NCBI GenBank assembly: GCA_907165135.1
Contig: OU015566.1
Span: 2,852,001-2,916,000, forward strand
Source of the DNA: Oikopleura dioica
Taxonomy: Eukaryota; Animalia; Chordata
Length of the DNA stretch: 64,000 bases
Direction: 5' to 3'
Numbering within the stretch: the stretch's first letter is position 1; every line of letters starts with the position of its first letter. Of the stretch, positions 12,112 through 24,149 are shown one piece after another. The translations under genes were made by a program, and so were the position numbers. The notes under the pieces were generated by a model. It saw only the letters and a list, made by a program, of their open reading frames with translations, had not been told where the DNA came from and made no database searches.

Positions 12112-12502
12112 TTAACTCTCTTTTCTTACCCAAAGCGTGACTATTCGACTGTCCCGACATTTGCACTGAAAAATTTCCCTTTTTTTCTTGTGACAAACTG
12201 GATCTTCTGGGCACTGTTTTCCGTTTATCCGGCAGTTTTTGATGCTCATTATTATCATATCTACAGTCTTTCGATCCGGATCTAATCGACGTTCTTCGCA
12301 ACTTTCAAAGCAAAATCGTTCTGTCATTGTACCGTTGTCCTTCGCTGTTACGAACCAATCGCCTCGGTAACATTTGTCTTCACTTAAAATTTTTTTGAAT
12401 ATCGAATTTTATATTAAAGAAATTCTTTTTTCGTCTTAAATTGAGAACTTACTTTGCAGAAATCTGTTGAAGCAAAAACATCAGCATCTGTAAAACCTTC
12501 AT
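12112..12502 (-). CDS. Small secreted 8-Cys protein (about 105 aa), cystine-knot-like spacing
   Basis: Signal exon MKVLQMLMFLLQQISA, GT-AG intron, then NEDKC..CFESC..C..C..C..CKC; stop at 12112. Confidence 0.7.
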
Positions 12503-13065
12503 CTTGATAGTTTTCTTGTTTTCTTTTCTCGTTTTTTTCTTTAATTTTTTTCTCAGAAAATAATCCAAATCCAATTTAAATCAGCCCTTTTGTGCGTCTG
12601 GCAAGGGGGCTTTTCACTGGTCAGTGTGGCCAATCCTTGCAGCTCGCTTTTGATGAGATCGATTTCGCCCTCGCTGATAGCATCTTACTCTCCCGTCGCT
12701 CATCCAAAAATCGGATTTCTCGATCAAGAAGAATTTTCGAGCAGCCTTACATACCCTCAGACAACAGAATTTACATATTTCTGGGGAGCGTTGGGCGGAA
12801 TTACGGGTCCCAGACAGAATTTGATTATTGATTTGACTCGGAATTTCTAGTTCTAGCTCGTTGATCAAATACTGTAACGGATTATTACAAAAAATAAGCA
12901 GAAAAATTATTTGAAAAAATAAAAAAAAATATTTTTCTAAAATAATTTCTCAATAAAATTATATCCAAGATTCGAGTCTTTACAAAAAACATGGCCTTCT
13001 TCGCCTTAGGCAACTCTAAGATTATTTTCATCCCGGCGCAAAAGAATTTTTCCCCATCGAAAAAA

Positions 13066-14012
13066 ATGAAGATTTCTAGCTTCTTATTTCTTTTTGACTT
13101 TTGCCATGGAAAATTGGACATGGGATCGGAGGGTAGAGGAAGTGTTACAGGCAGTGCGAAGCCGCAGATGAATCAGAAGGGGAAAATTTCGCAGCTGATA
13201 GAGAATGAAAAAGATTGGGAAGAACTTCAAGCGAAAGATGTTCCATTAGGTACGAATGAAAATTTCGAATAAGGGGGGGGGGGGAATCAACCTAAGGGGG
13301 GATGAAAATTTTCGTTTTGAATATTTTCTTTAAAATTTATTTTCAGTCGTTGGCTACTTTGAAAATTTCAACTCAAACACTGCCCGAACTTACATCGAAG
13401 CAATGCGAAAAATCACATCTGAGAAGAAAATCGATTGGCTCTTTGGCCACTGTATTGATAAAAAGCAAGTCGCAGAAATCGGCAACGAAAAAATCATCGC
13501 ATACAAGTCAGTTTAAACCTCTTTCTTTTTTGCTAAAATATTTTAGGCCACTTTCGTTCGAGTCTGATTTTGAGCCGCAAGCAGCTTCTTTTGATCACAA
13601 TAGTGGTTTAACTGGAGATTCACTGTATAAATTCGCGGTTCGAAATGTCTATGGATTGGTTCCAAGAGTGACAAAAGAAAATATGGCGATTTTTCCGAAG
13701 CTAATTGTTCAAGGAAAGGCTTTATATAGAAAATAATCTGTTCAGCAATTTTTGTCGAAGCAGTTTAATTGTAAGCCTTTGAAAGTTCTGAAACCAGATG
13801 AGGATGTCGGAATCGCTCGGGCCCTCCTCGCAAATGTCCGAAAAGCAGGCTATCAAATCGCGTTTGGATCTTTGTCAGACGATTTCGTGAAAGAAACCTT
13901 CATTGTTGCCGGATATTGGGAAGTTCTACGAGGCCAGAGGCCCTATAAACTCAATAGTTTGGATGAAATCGAAGATGCAAAGAAAAAAAATGATGCTAAA
14001 ACTGAACTTTGA
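13066..14012 (+). CDS. Redox-inactive PDI-family ER protein (b/b'-type thioredoxin folds only)
   Basis: Signal MKISSFLFLFDFCHG; VVGYFENF..FGH..IIAYKP..FEP..GLVPRVTKEN resembles ERp57/ERp72 b-b'; no CxxC; ends KTEL. Confidence 0.7.
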
Positions 14013-16272
14013 AACGAGCTCAAATAAATTAAAAAATAATGTTTTTCGTTCATTCTGAAAAAAGGAATAAAAACGAGGATAATCTGGGCTCTGATGAAAT
14101 AAATTCGCGCGGCGCTAACTATCAACTAGGTTTAAGCTCAATTACGTAAGGCAGGCAGAGTCACTAGACCAAAAGCGCGGTAAGCTGGAGCGCGCGGTTG
14201 CTGCTACTAGACCGGCCGATCGCAATATAACTACACCCGAAGCGCCAACTTACGTGGCCTTCTAATCACTATGGTGGAGAGCTTTCTTGAATGGAGCCAA
14301 TAGAGCGGATTAACCTATCTCCAAAGCGAAACCGTTTTTATACTTTTAACCAGCCACATTTCTTATCTTTCTAAAAACCGGTCAAAATCTTCACTGCAAA
14401 AATTGCTCTCATAATTAACAAATCTAAGATATTTTTAATTAAACCTTAATTAAATTATTTTTTTAAATTATTTCTTTAAAAATAAATCACTTTTTGTTTC
14501 CAAAACCAGAAAAATTCTCAAAAATTTTTTATTGAAAATTATTTTTATTTTATAAAAAATTTTAAAATTAAAAAATAATCAAATATAATCATTTAAATTT
14601 TTTGAGTGAGTTTTTATTAATTTTGGCTTCGCGATTTTAAATTTTTTTTTATTGAAAAATAAATTTTAAATTGAACCATTTTTCGGTCCGTTGGCCGAAA
14701 ATCACTCGAGCTTGTATTGAAATCAAAGCCTTTTTGAACCAGTTGGTTCGATTCTGAATTTTTCCGGGTTTTTATTTTTATCGGCGAAAAAGCAGAATTT
14801 GGGCTTTTAGTAGATTTGTATGTAAATATTCGCGTCTTTGGGAGAGTGACGTAAAAGACAAGAGTGGAAGAGTGTGGTGGAGAAGTGGCACCGGTAGAAA
14901 ATGCAGAAGACGCAATGGTACTAGACCGACCGGGGCGCTACCACACCGGGTGGTGGTGGAGCGTGAGTGGCTCAAGACACACCACTGGCCAGTTTATCGC
15001 TTTGTACATATTTCTCAGAAGCCCAACTTTCTCAGAAACACGCAACAAAACGGAAGAAACGGCGTAAACAGAGAATTTTTATAAAAGAAGATAGAAGAGC
15101 CTTTTTATATATTTTTAATAGTAAGTAAACATTTAATAGCACCATTCAAAATAAAAAAAATCTTAATATCTAAATTATGAGTAAATATATAAATAAAAAG
15201 TGAGATTCTTGAGTCTTATTAATTCAATAATTTTTTTTTTGAATTCCAAAGAAATTTTATCGAAAATTCTGACTTTTATATTGAAATTTTCTCTCGAAAC
15301 ATGTCTTATACTTGCATTTTTCACAATTTTTATTAATTTAGAGACCCCCTTAATTTTTTCCACAACCATTTCTCTATTTTGAAAAAGCGATCCAATTTTT
15401 TATTTTCATAATCTCTTCTTTCATTTTTCCTTCTCAAAATAATTTTTTTGCGATGACACCCTTAAATACTGGAAGATGGCCCATCAAAATAAATATTATC
15501 CTTTTCTTTAAATAATCATATTATAATGTGAACCTTCTTATCCAGAATCAAACAAGTCGATTCCTACTAGGAATTGTCTAAGACAAAATTGATAAAGAAG
15601 ACTTCTAAAAAGCTTTTAAAGAATTTTGTCAAGTTATGTTTTCGGCGGAGTTGTTTGAGTAACAAATGCATTAATGTTATGCTTGCGCCCAAAACAGAGA
15701 CTTATCGCTTCGTTTTCTTTCATTTTCGATGCATCAAATCAAGGTCCACCAGCAATTTCGATGACTCATGATTTTTTGGGAGCCCTAGAAACCGCAGGGC
15801 ACCCTTCAAAAGCCTTCCAAGATAGTCATTTTTTTTAAATAATTACCATAATGTTTCTGAGTCATCAAAAAGGCGGTTCAAATTATATTCACGAGTTCGA
15901 TAAGCCGCGGTCTAATTAGACGCTAGAAATGAACTTGGGTCCCCTCCACTTCCCTCGATTGCGGGAAGTCAAGGGCGGAAGTCAAAAGTGACACCTTGTG
16001 AAATTCTAGCGCCCGCATCTGCCTGTTTAAAGGGCTCGGGTGACTGTATAAATGACGTGTCTAACAAGTGCAATTCCGTTGCTACATAAGTTCTAGAACG
16101 ACTCGTGTTCCAAAAAGCTCTTCCTCGAAATTTCAAATTTGCAACTTTCAATTTTCAATTTTAGAAAAAAAGAAAACTCGTGCGTCATTTTTGAGCGACC
16201 CGTCATTTTTGAAGCACCACAACTTCCTTTCCTCCTCTTTCTCATTTCATGCATTTCAGACTACCCGACAAA

Positions 16273-18277
16273 ATGGCTTCTGACAAGCCAAAGCTAAACG
16301 GAATGGCCGCCGAGTTTACACCCCGTGGATTTGGCGTTCAACAGAATATGACGAACCAAACGCAAGATTTGAGCCAGCTTCAGAATATGATCAACCCGGC
16401 TGCGCTTCAAAATCTTCTTGCTTCTCCGGAATCAAAGGTGAAACACCTCCCTTTTTTACCCCCTCATCCTTTGTTTCAGCTTTTCCAACAGATGCAGCAT
16501 CAGCAATTGCAGCAACTACAGCAGCTTCATCAGCAAAACATGCGTCTTGCCGCTGCTTTTAGCCGGTCCCAAGCCGGTCTGTATAACGCCTTGATGAGCC
16601 AAGGTCTCAATGCAAATGCGGTGGCGATGAATGGGCGAAAAGTGCAATCAGTGGCCGACCAAACGAATGCTGAATTTGATCATTTTCCAACAAGAGAGGT
16701 CGATTCGCCTCCAGCTCCCCTTCCTGTCGCTCAACCAAAATCTAACTCTGGCCACAAATCCGGTCCTGACTCCAATAAAGACTCCGCCTTTGACGACATC
16801 TCCGACGACTCCTCCGACTCCAACGGCTCCTCCTTCCTGACTGGTGATCTTGAAGAGCGCGAAATTCCAGAGCCCGAAGTTTTGCGACAGATTTGTATGC
16901 AAGTTGAAGAGTATCTTTCTGATGCGTATTTGGCGAATGACAAATATCTTCTTCGCCAATTGCGGTCTAAATCGGAGGGCTATCTGTCCGTGAAACTTCT
17001 GACCAGCTTCAAGAAGATCAAAAGCTCACTCGTGACTGGCGAGTCACCTCTTACGCTCTTCGAATGAGCAACAAAGTCGAACTTTCCAGCGACGGAAATC
17101 GAGTGAAACGAATCGCCAATCTTCCTGACAACCTTCGCCGGGGCCGAACGATGACATCCATTCTCGCGATCCGCGTTCCTGACGATTGGGCGACTCTAGA
17201 AGCAATTACGAACATTTTCTCTGCGTATGGAAATATCACTTTGGCGCGAGTTCTTAGACCAGGAAGGCCGATTCCTGCGGATTTGAGGAATTATGCGACG
17301 CAGATTCCGGATATGGGAAATACCACCTGCGCCGTGGTTGATTTTGACTCAACTGATTCTGGTAAAACCCCTTTTAGAGAGAGTTTGACATCCAACTGAT
17401 AATTCTAGCGCACGAATGTTGCCGCGGACTTCGAGACCAAAATCTTCATGGAATGCGAATCGCTCTTCTCGGCCCTAGAATTCGACGAACTCTTTACAAG
17501 TCTGAGAAGAAGAAGTTTCCTGAGAACAACAAAACGCACCAGACTAATCAAGTCCAAGCCCATCATCAGCAAAAACAACATCAGTACGGAAACCAACAAA
17601 TGATTGACCAGCATAATCAGCGGGCTCATCTTCGGTAATTTTTTTTCTACCTCTTTCCTTTCTCAACCTTTTTCTCTAGAAATGTGACAAAAGAAGAAGG
17701 CCTCCGAATCATCCAATCGTACTTTCAAGCCAACCAGCCGCAAGTTACACCGAATGATCCGCTAGAATTTCCACCACTTGGAGCTCCAGCGCAAAATCCA
17801 ATCAACTCGCTCGAGGCGAATATGAAGAAAATGACCGTCCAGAAGCAAAAAATCAACCCACCAAAATGGCCGCTTCCAAATCAAAAGCCCAAAATGGCTG
17901 AGATTGTTGCTCAGGGCACTGCACAGGACAGGCTCAAAAATAAAATATTGCTAATCTCAGGGACACGGGATCGATCCCCGATTCGATCAATTTTTTTACT
18001 TTTGCAGAGATATATTTTGAACCTTTATGAGCGACACCCGCTGCGAGCTGACATTTCTGAAGATTCAGTTATCAGTCAGAAGTCAGGTGGCGCCCTTGGC
18101 TGGTCAACCGACCAATCTGAATCTTGGTCCCCCTGGTCGACTAGCTTCAGCTTTGATCGACGAGAGAGCAGCTCGTCCAATGCCAGTGATGATTTCGGAA
18201 GCCAACTGCTAATGGCTCCAACTGAGACGAAATTTGATCAGATCCCAAGGTTCTTGGGACAGACAGGATTTGATTAG
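16273..18277 (+). CDS. LARP6: La-related protein 6 (La motif plus RRM); 1-nt frameshift at 17020-17023
   Basis: QVEEYLSDAYLANDKYLL..GYLSVKLLTSFKKIK(K)LTRDWRVT matches the LARP6 La motif; RRM follows; 3' exon structure uncertain. Confidence 0.9.
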
Positions 18278-19180
18278 TTTTTGAGGCAGCTTTTATCTCA
18301 AATTTATTCTCATTTTTTTAGATTTTTTATCAAAAAATTATGCAAATTCGATATGATCTGCCTCAGAAATGGTTGTTTTCTTTCATCACTAATTCTGAAT
18401 TTAGCATGGGACTTGGCGACATCTGGAGCTCCACAAGCAATACCGAATCTAAGTGGTAGAAAATTGCAACTGATCACATTACGTCCGCAGGACACCCTAC
18501 CCGTACACACAAAATTTAACCCCCTTTAAAACCAATAAGAAACACCATCTCACCCCCTCCCCTCAATTTTTATAAGAAAATAATAAAAAAATAATGGTTT
18601 CTGTCAAAACTCTCTTTCCAACCTGTACAAAGATGGCTGAATTTTGGTGCTGGAAAAGAAGATACGGCCTGAAGAAACCGCAACACTGGAGACACAACAT
18701 TTTTTTAGCTGGAGACATTCGCCCGAACAACTTTTTTAAATCAACTTGTCTACGAAGAAGAAAAAAAAATCAACAAGTAGAATTTTGATGGCGCCAATTA
18801 AAAACGCAGCAGAAGAGGAGATTCGGCCAATCAAAAATTCTGATCGTTGGCCATGGGAATCATCATCCGATCGGCGCCGAAGAACCAATCAAAAATCGAA
18901 GAATTGAAAGATTGATCCAAAGAAGATTCTTTAGAAGACAAATGAGCCCGTTTTGAAAAGATAAAAAATGGGAAGAAAAGAAGAGTTCGTGTAGAATGAG
19001 GAATAAACTTTCATCATTATAAAGAACTTCATTTTTGTGTCTCGTTAGATCTCTCAGTCTTGAAAAAAAGAAAGAAAGCCTGAGTATTGATCAAATAAAA
19101 TGACGCATTGAGCAATGAAGACGTAATAAAAAACAAAATAAGATTTCCTACTAAGTTTTTTCAGAGAAACAAGTGTCAAA

Positions 19181-19800
19181 ATGAGCGATTTGCGTTTCGA
19201 GCGATGTGTTGACGGCTCAAGAAAAGGTTGTGTACATTTAAATTTTCGGTTCGAAACGGATTTTTAGAGGAAATTTTGAAGTTCCTTTTGGAAAATTTTC
19301 TTCAAAATACTTTACAGAAAGTTTTGCCATTTTCTGTTGAACAAGCGCGGTTCCACTGGGAACGAAGGTAATAACTCTTTTGATCTTGAGAGGAAAAATC
19401 GATTTCAAGCATCGCCGGCTGTAAAAATGCCCAACTTGTATTTTCGGAGAATGATCTTGTTGCAGTTGAGACTGGAGATTTAGTCAGCTATCGTGAAACG
19501 AAAGAGGAATCTACTGACGTACTGACAGGTTCAAAAATTGGTTCAAAGAGGTGATAAATTTTCTTCTAGAAAATGGCGAAAATTCAAAAAGAACGGAAGA
19601 ATTTCTTGCTGAAATGAGCAACGTAGACTTGGAAAAATTCGGCGTTACTGATCAATCAAAGATTTATAGTAATGGAGTCGTCTGTGTTTCGGAAACAATG
19701 GCAAGATCTTCAATTTTTATCATTTCTAGACAATTTTTTTCTTCAGCGAGGGAAGAAAATTGGTTCAAAACTTGTCAAAAACTCGATTGAATTCGCCACA
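19181..19800 (+). CDS. GNAT-family N-acetyltransferase, apparently truncated after motif A
   Basis: GC-AG intron 19701-19746 joins VCVSETM to RGKKIGSKLVKNSIEFA (acetyl-CoA motif A); TTTTCAG acceptor just upstream of ATG; one internal junction unresolved. Confidence 0.65.
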
Positions 19801-19802
19801 TA

Positions 19803-20222
19803 ATCACGTGATACAGGCCCTCAAAAACTTGAAAAGCTCGTCAAGCTTGATCCCCTTATCACAGGTGATTACTTTATCGCTCAGAAGAAAGAGCTCGAAA
19901 AGTACTTCTGAATGGATGAGAAAAATTCTTGGGCCCGCGATCATGTGAGTCCGCACGGAGAGTTTTAACGTGAAAAATGACCCTTTTTGTAGCATTTTTT
20001 GACAGAAATCACCCAATGATGTCCATTTTTTACCCGAATTTGACCCATTTTGAGGCGTTCTCTTGCTTCTAGCGCCTAACTACAATCGGGCCCAAAGAAT
20101 TTTTTGACTCTCTAGGTAGTACTCTTTATGATCTTTCTTTTGAGCTATCATGTGATCGACTACAACCAGGAAATCGAGCTCGTCAAGCTTTTCTAGGTTT
20201 TCGAGGGCCTGTATCACGTGAT
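19803..20222. mobile_element. Foldback/MITE-like degenerate palindrome
   Basis: ATCACGTGATACAGGCCCTC terminal inverted repeats (about 45 nt imperfect); nested inverted pair 19921-19941 and 20086-20104. Confidence 0.75.
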
Positions 20223-20392
20223 CACTTGACCAGACCAAAAAATTTTCTATTACAATTTTTATGATTCGCTTAAAATCTATATTGTCCCGAAGTTTCAGCC
20301 CTTTACCTCAAGGGGTTCTGCATGCTGATTTTTCACGCGCTGGCCCTAGGTATATTTCAGTAAATGTATAGAGGAGCAAAATGATTTGAAGG

Positions 20393-21244
20393 TTAGATTT
20401 CTACAGGAGAGTTTTGAACGCCATTTCTTCGATAAAATGTCTGATTGACGATCATCTTAAAAAAAGTAAAAAAGGGGGTCGGTAAGTAAACTTACTTTTC
20501 TAGCAAAAGGAGAAGGTTTGTGAAACTTGAGAGCATCAGAAACATCCCATCCATAGTCCCAGCTCGAAAGCGCCTGAAAAGAGATAGTGAGTTCATTTTT
20601 TGAAACAAAAGACGAAGAAAAAAGTGTCGAACTTGATAGTTGTATTTGTCTTGAGGAGCGAGCATCTTTCGCGACGCCAGATAAGCGTGTTTGCCGAGCC
20701 CCTCTTTTGAAATGCCGTTGAGTATTTGGCCCCTGACACTTGCATCCACTGGCTTCATCAGATTTACAGTCACGTTTTCCTTCTGAAAAAATGACGTGAT
20801 AAGCACTTTGCTTCCATCAAGAAAATTTGCTCGAAATAAAATTTTTATGGAAAAATTTTTTCGATATTTACATTTTGGCCATTATCGCCGTTTCTCGAAA
20901 GCGCAGGAAGCTTGATTGGGTCCGATTTTTGGATCTGCTTTTCGAGGACTGGAATTTCCACTTTTGGGCTCATTTCTCGCTGCCGAGCGAGGCGTTTTTG
21001 ATGAGCAGAGTTGAATTTTGCCAGTCGCTCTTCTTCTGTCATCCCTTTTTGATAAATAGAGTCTTTTTTAAGCGCCTAAAAAGTACCTTCTTCTATTTCC
21101 CGCTGTCTCGCCAGAAGTCGATAATGTGCTTCTTTTGCGATGCTAAAATTTCCCGTAATATAACTGCTTTTTCGAACACTGCTAGAATTACTTTTCTTTG
21201 TAGAAATTCAAGACTGCAGTTGTCATTCCCAATTCTCTCGACAT
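20393..21244 (-). CDS. SPMIP1: Sperm microtubule inner protein 1 (ATP6V1FNB)-like
   Basis: MSRELGMTTAVLNFYKE..; MKPVDASVRGQILNGISKEGLGKHAYLASRKMLAPQDKYNY; SWDYGW; TFYRRNGV; matches the family as recalled. Confidence 0.75.
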
Positions 21245-21695
21245 TTTGATAAGTTTTTTTTTTAAATTAAATGTTTCAAGTTTTTCTCCTCTGAATCAAG
21301 CTCGAACTTGATGCTTCTTTCTTTCTGAAAAAGTTTGTTTGAGAAATCCGGTGACGTGCTCTTCAGATTTGAAAAAGTAAAGACAAGGAGTACTGTATTT
21401 GCTCGCATTTTCGCGGCTTTGAAACAAAGAGTAAAAAAACGGGAGATTCGCAAGATTCTCAAATAAATTTCAAATAAACGAAAAAAGGTCTCCTTTCTCT
21501 GACAGTATCTCTTAGAATACAGTGTGCCCGGTTCATTGTTGGCGAAGGTCTTTGTGCGTTGCGGGCGGTTACCTTGTGTTCTGACCTTTTAATAATCTAA
21601 AGGCAGGTTTTTTTAAATAACATAGGTTAAATCCTGAAAGTTTTCCAGACATTCAATTTTCAATTTTTTAGGAAAATGATATTATATCATTGATA

Positions 21696-21768
21696 TACAC
21701 TGGTGTGAGGAGTTTCCGCACCCTTTGTGAGTGCTGCGTTCCGGCACCCCTAGCCCGCAATTTTTCTA
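21696..21768 (+). mobile_element. Diverged half-copy of the 26669-26829 MITE family
   Basis: TACACTGGTGTGAGGAGTT..GCACCCTT.G.GAGTGCTGCGTT..GCACCCCT aligns to the 26767-26831 arm. Confidence 0.7.
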
Positions 21769-21949
21769 CTATTTTCTTCTAAAAGTAGCAAAAGTTTGAC
21801 AGAACAAACACAAGACAAGCTTACAAATGCAAATGATTTATTTTCATTGTTTTTGAAGAATTTTGGTTTTTTTTAAATAACAAGAAGACAATATTTTTTC
21901 TAAGTAAAGTTCTATGGAATTAAAATTAGATAAGGCAAAAAGAAGGTTT

Positions 21950-24030
21950 TTGAGAAACAAAGGCTACTGGAAATGTTCCTTCGAATGCTGATCCAAACTC
22001 ATCAGTTGATATAAAAAACAAATCGGAGTCTGATTCGAATTTTTAAAATAAATTCAAACTTGATTAATAATTTTATTTATAATAATTTTTATTAAAAAAA
22101 CTCTGACCTAAATTGATTCGTTGAATCCGAGCACTAAAGCTGAACATCACGCCAGGAATAACAAAAATATTGTCATTGAAGAGAATAAGAGACATGCCAT
22201 AATAGCTCTTTAATTAATTGAAATAAATTGAAAATAATTTGGGTCCCAAAACCTTTGCAAGGAAGCCATAAATCGTCCATTGATTATTCATTAATTGCCA
22301 AATTTCAGGAAGTGGATCAAATTGAACATTAAAATCATTTCCTCCAACTGTAAGTAAAACACCAGAAGGGAGACCGATTGCGTCAAAGCATGACAGAATT
22401 CTGTAATATTTTAACTGTATTTTACAGAGTTTTTCAAGAATTATCCCCGAGAAAATCAAAAATCGCCAGATATGATGGTCAAAATTTGCTGATCAGCCAA
22501 TCAAAGCCCTGGAAGGTCTTTGTAGCAGGGCTTCTCGGATTTTCAGTTTCAAATACTCAGTTTATGCGTTCAAATACCTTGGGTGCTTCTCAATATGAAT
22601 CCAACCATCATCTTTCATCACTTCAACAAGGCCATGAGTTTCACGCCCGGCTACTGCCGTTGGCAGACCATTGTAATATGCCAATCCACCTTGGTAATGC
22701 GAAGAATTTGTTGAGAAAGTCGAAGTAACATTCTCTCCATCAAATATTTCACAATTTTTGCCAGAATCCTGATCTGCCCAGTATTGAAGATTATAATTGA
22801 AACAAATCATAGCTAAAAAGGATAAAAAAATAATTATTCTTCGACTACCCTCATTTCCATCGTTAATTGTCAAGACATCATGTCCATTTTTATATTGTTC
22901 TAAAAGATATACATCAAGTGAAGAAAACATACATCCATCCAATCGAACAATCTAAAGCGCCATTATTGAGTAATTTTAAGGACCCCCCCATCAAGAATCA
23001 TGAATTAAGGGCTGTTAAGTGAAAGTTTTTCTCAGAAACTATCTTAGGTAGACCCTTAATTTCAATTGCATCCTTAAGGTCCAACCCTCGACTGCAACAA
23101 TTTCCCTTATGATGATCTTTCGATATCAAACTTAAGGTTTTACAGGCTGATAAGGGTAAGGTTGCTAAGTGAAGGTTTTTTGCGGGGTTTTAACGAAGGT
23201 ATGCCCTTAATTTTTTTCAAAGGGAAAGTTTAGGCCGTAGGCTACGACAGTTTACCTTGACAGAGTTTTTGGTCATTAAATTTAAGGAGGGCAGCCCCTT
23301 TAAAAATTTATAAAGCAAAAATTTCGCAAATTTTCAGAGATTATTTTCAGTTTTTTCTGCTTGAATTGCCCTCAATTATGTTTTTTTAATAATTTTTATG
23401 AAAGAAATGCATTTTAAGATATGTATACCCTTAATTTTAATTAAAAAAGAGCATTAAAATGAGAATCTAAGATTTTCATAAAAAATATAATGCGAATTTT
23501 CAATTTTAAAACCCAATTTTTGCAAAAATTTTCTATAGCAGCAAAAAAATTTTCAAGACAAAATTTTCTCCTCGTTCTCTTAACAACCCAAAAAAATCAA
23601 CAAATAATGAAAATTTGGACATAACCAATTGGGGGGGGTCCTTAAAATTATTATTTCACACGAAAAAGCCACTCAAAATCAAAAAAAAGTGAGATAATAT
23701 ACCTGATGCGCATTCTTATCGCCTCCGAAAACATAAACTTGATCTTTAAGAAGAGCTTGTTGTGCCCCATAAAGAAATCCATGGATAACGTTTTCACTCG
23801 TTAAGCCATCAATTTCGATTGAAGACAAAAATGATGTCTCTCTGTTGATTTTTCCGTCAGCAAGTAAAGCATAGCTCATGACTCTTCCCCGACTATAGAA
23901 AGAATCTCCAGTAACTAAGACATTTATTTGGGTGGAATCTTTAGCGCCAAAGACGAAATTTACGATTTCAGTAACCCGATCAAACTTATAAATCTTAATT
24001 TTCTTTTCGTCAATTTGTCGATACTTGTTA
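21950..24030 (-). CDS. Kelch-like beta-propeller protein (lineage-expanded family)
   Basis: Blades VYVFGGD, CEIFDGE..YQGGLAYYNGLPTAVAG, LLTVGG..IWQLMNNQW, YGMSLILFNDNIFVIPG; large intron contains a TTAA element. Confidence 0.7.
22980..23641. mobile_element. Non-autonomous TTAA-target DNA transposon (Kolobok-like)
   Basis: TTAA|GGACCCCCC ... GGGGGGTCC|TTAA; 662 bp; internal direct repeats; intronic. Confidence 0.7.
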
Positions 24031-24149
24031 AACTTGAAGTTTCTTTCAAAGTCAATATTTTTTTGATGATTCTTCAAGAGTTTACTATTTTTGTCTAAAA
24101 TAGGGCAAAATTAATATTCGGATAACGAAAAAATTAAAAATTTTTTTAA

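Noticed and set aside
12590-12868. Open frames on both strands between two genes
   Set aside because: No start/splice context or recognisable motif to choose a frame; left unannotated.
14735-14760. GGTTCGATTC resembling a tRNA T-loop
   Set aside because: No acceptor, D or anticodon stems can be formed.
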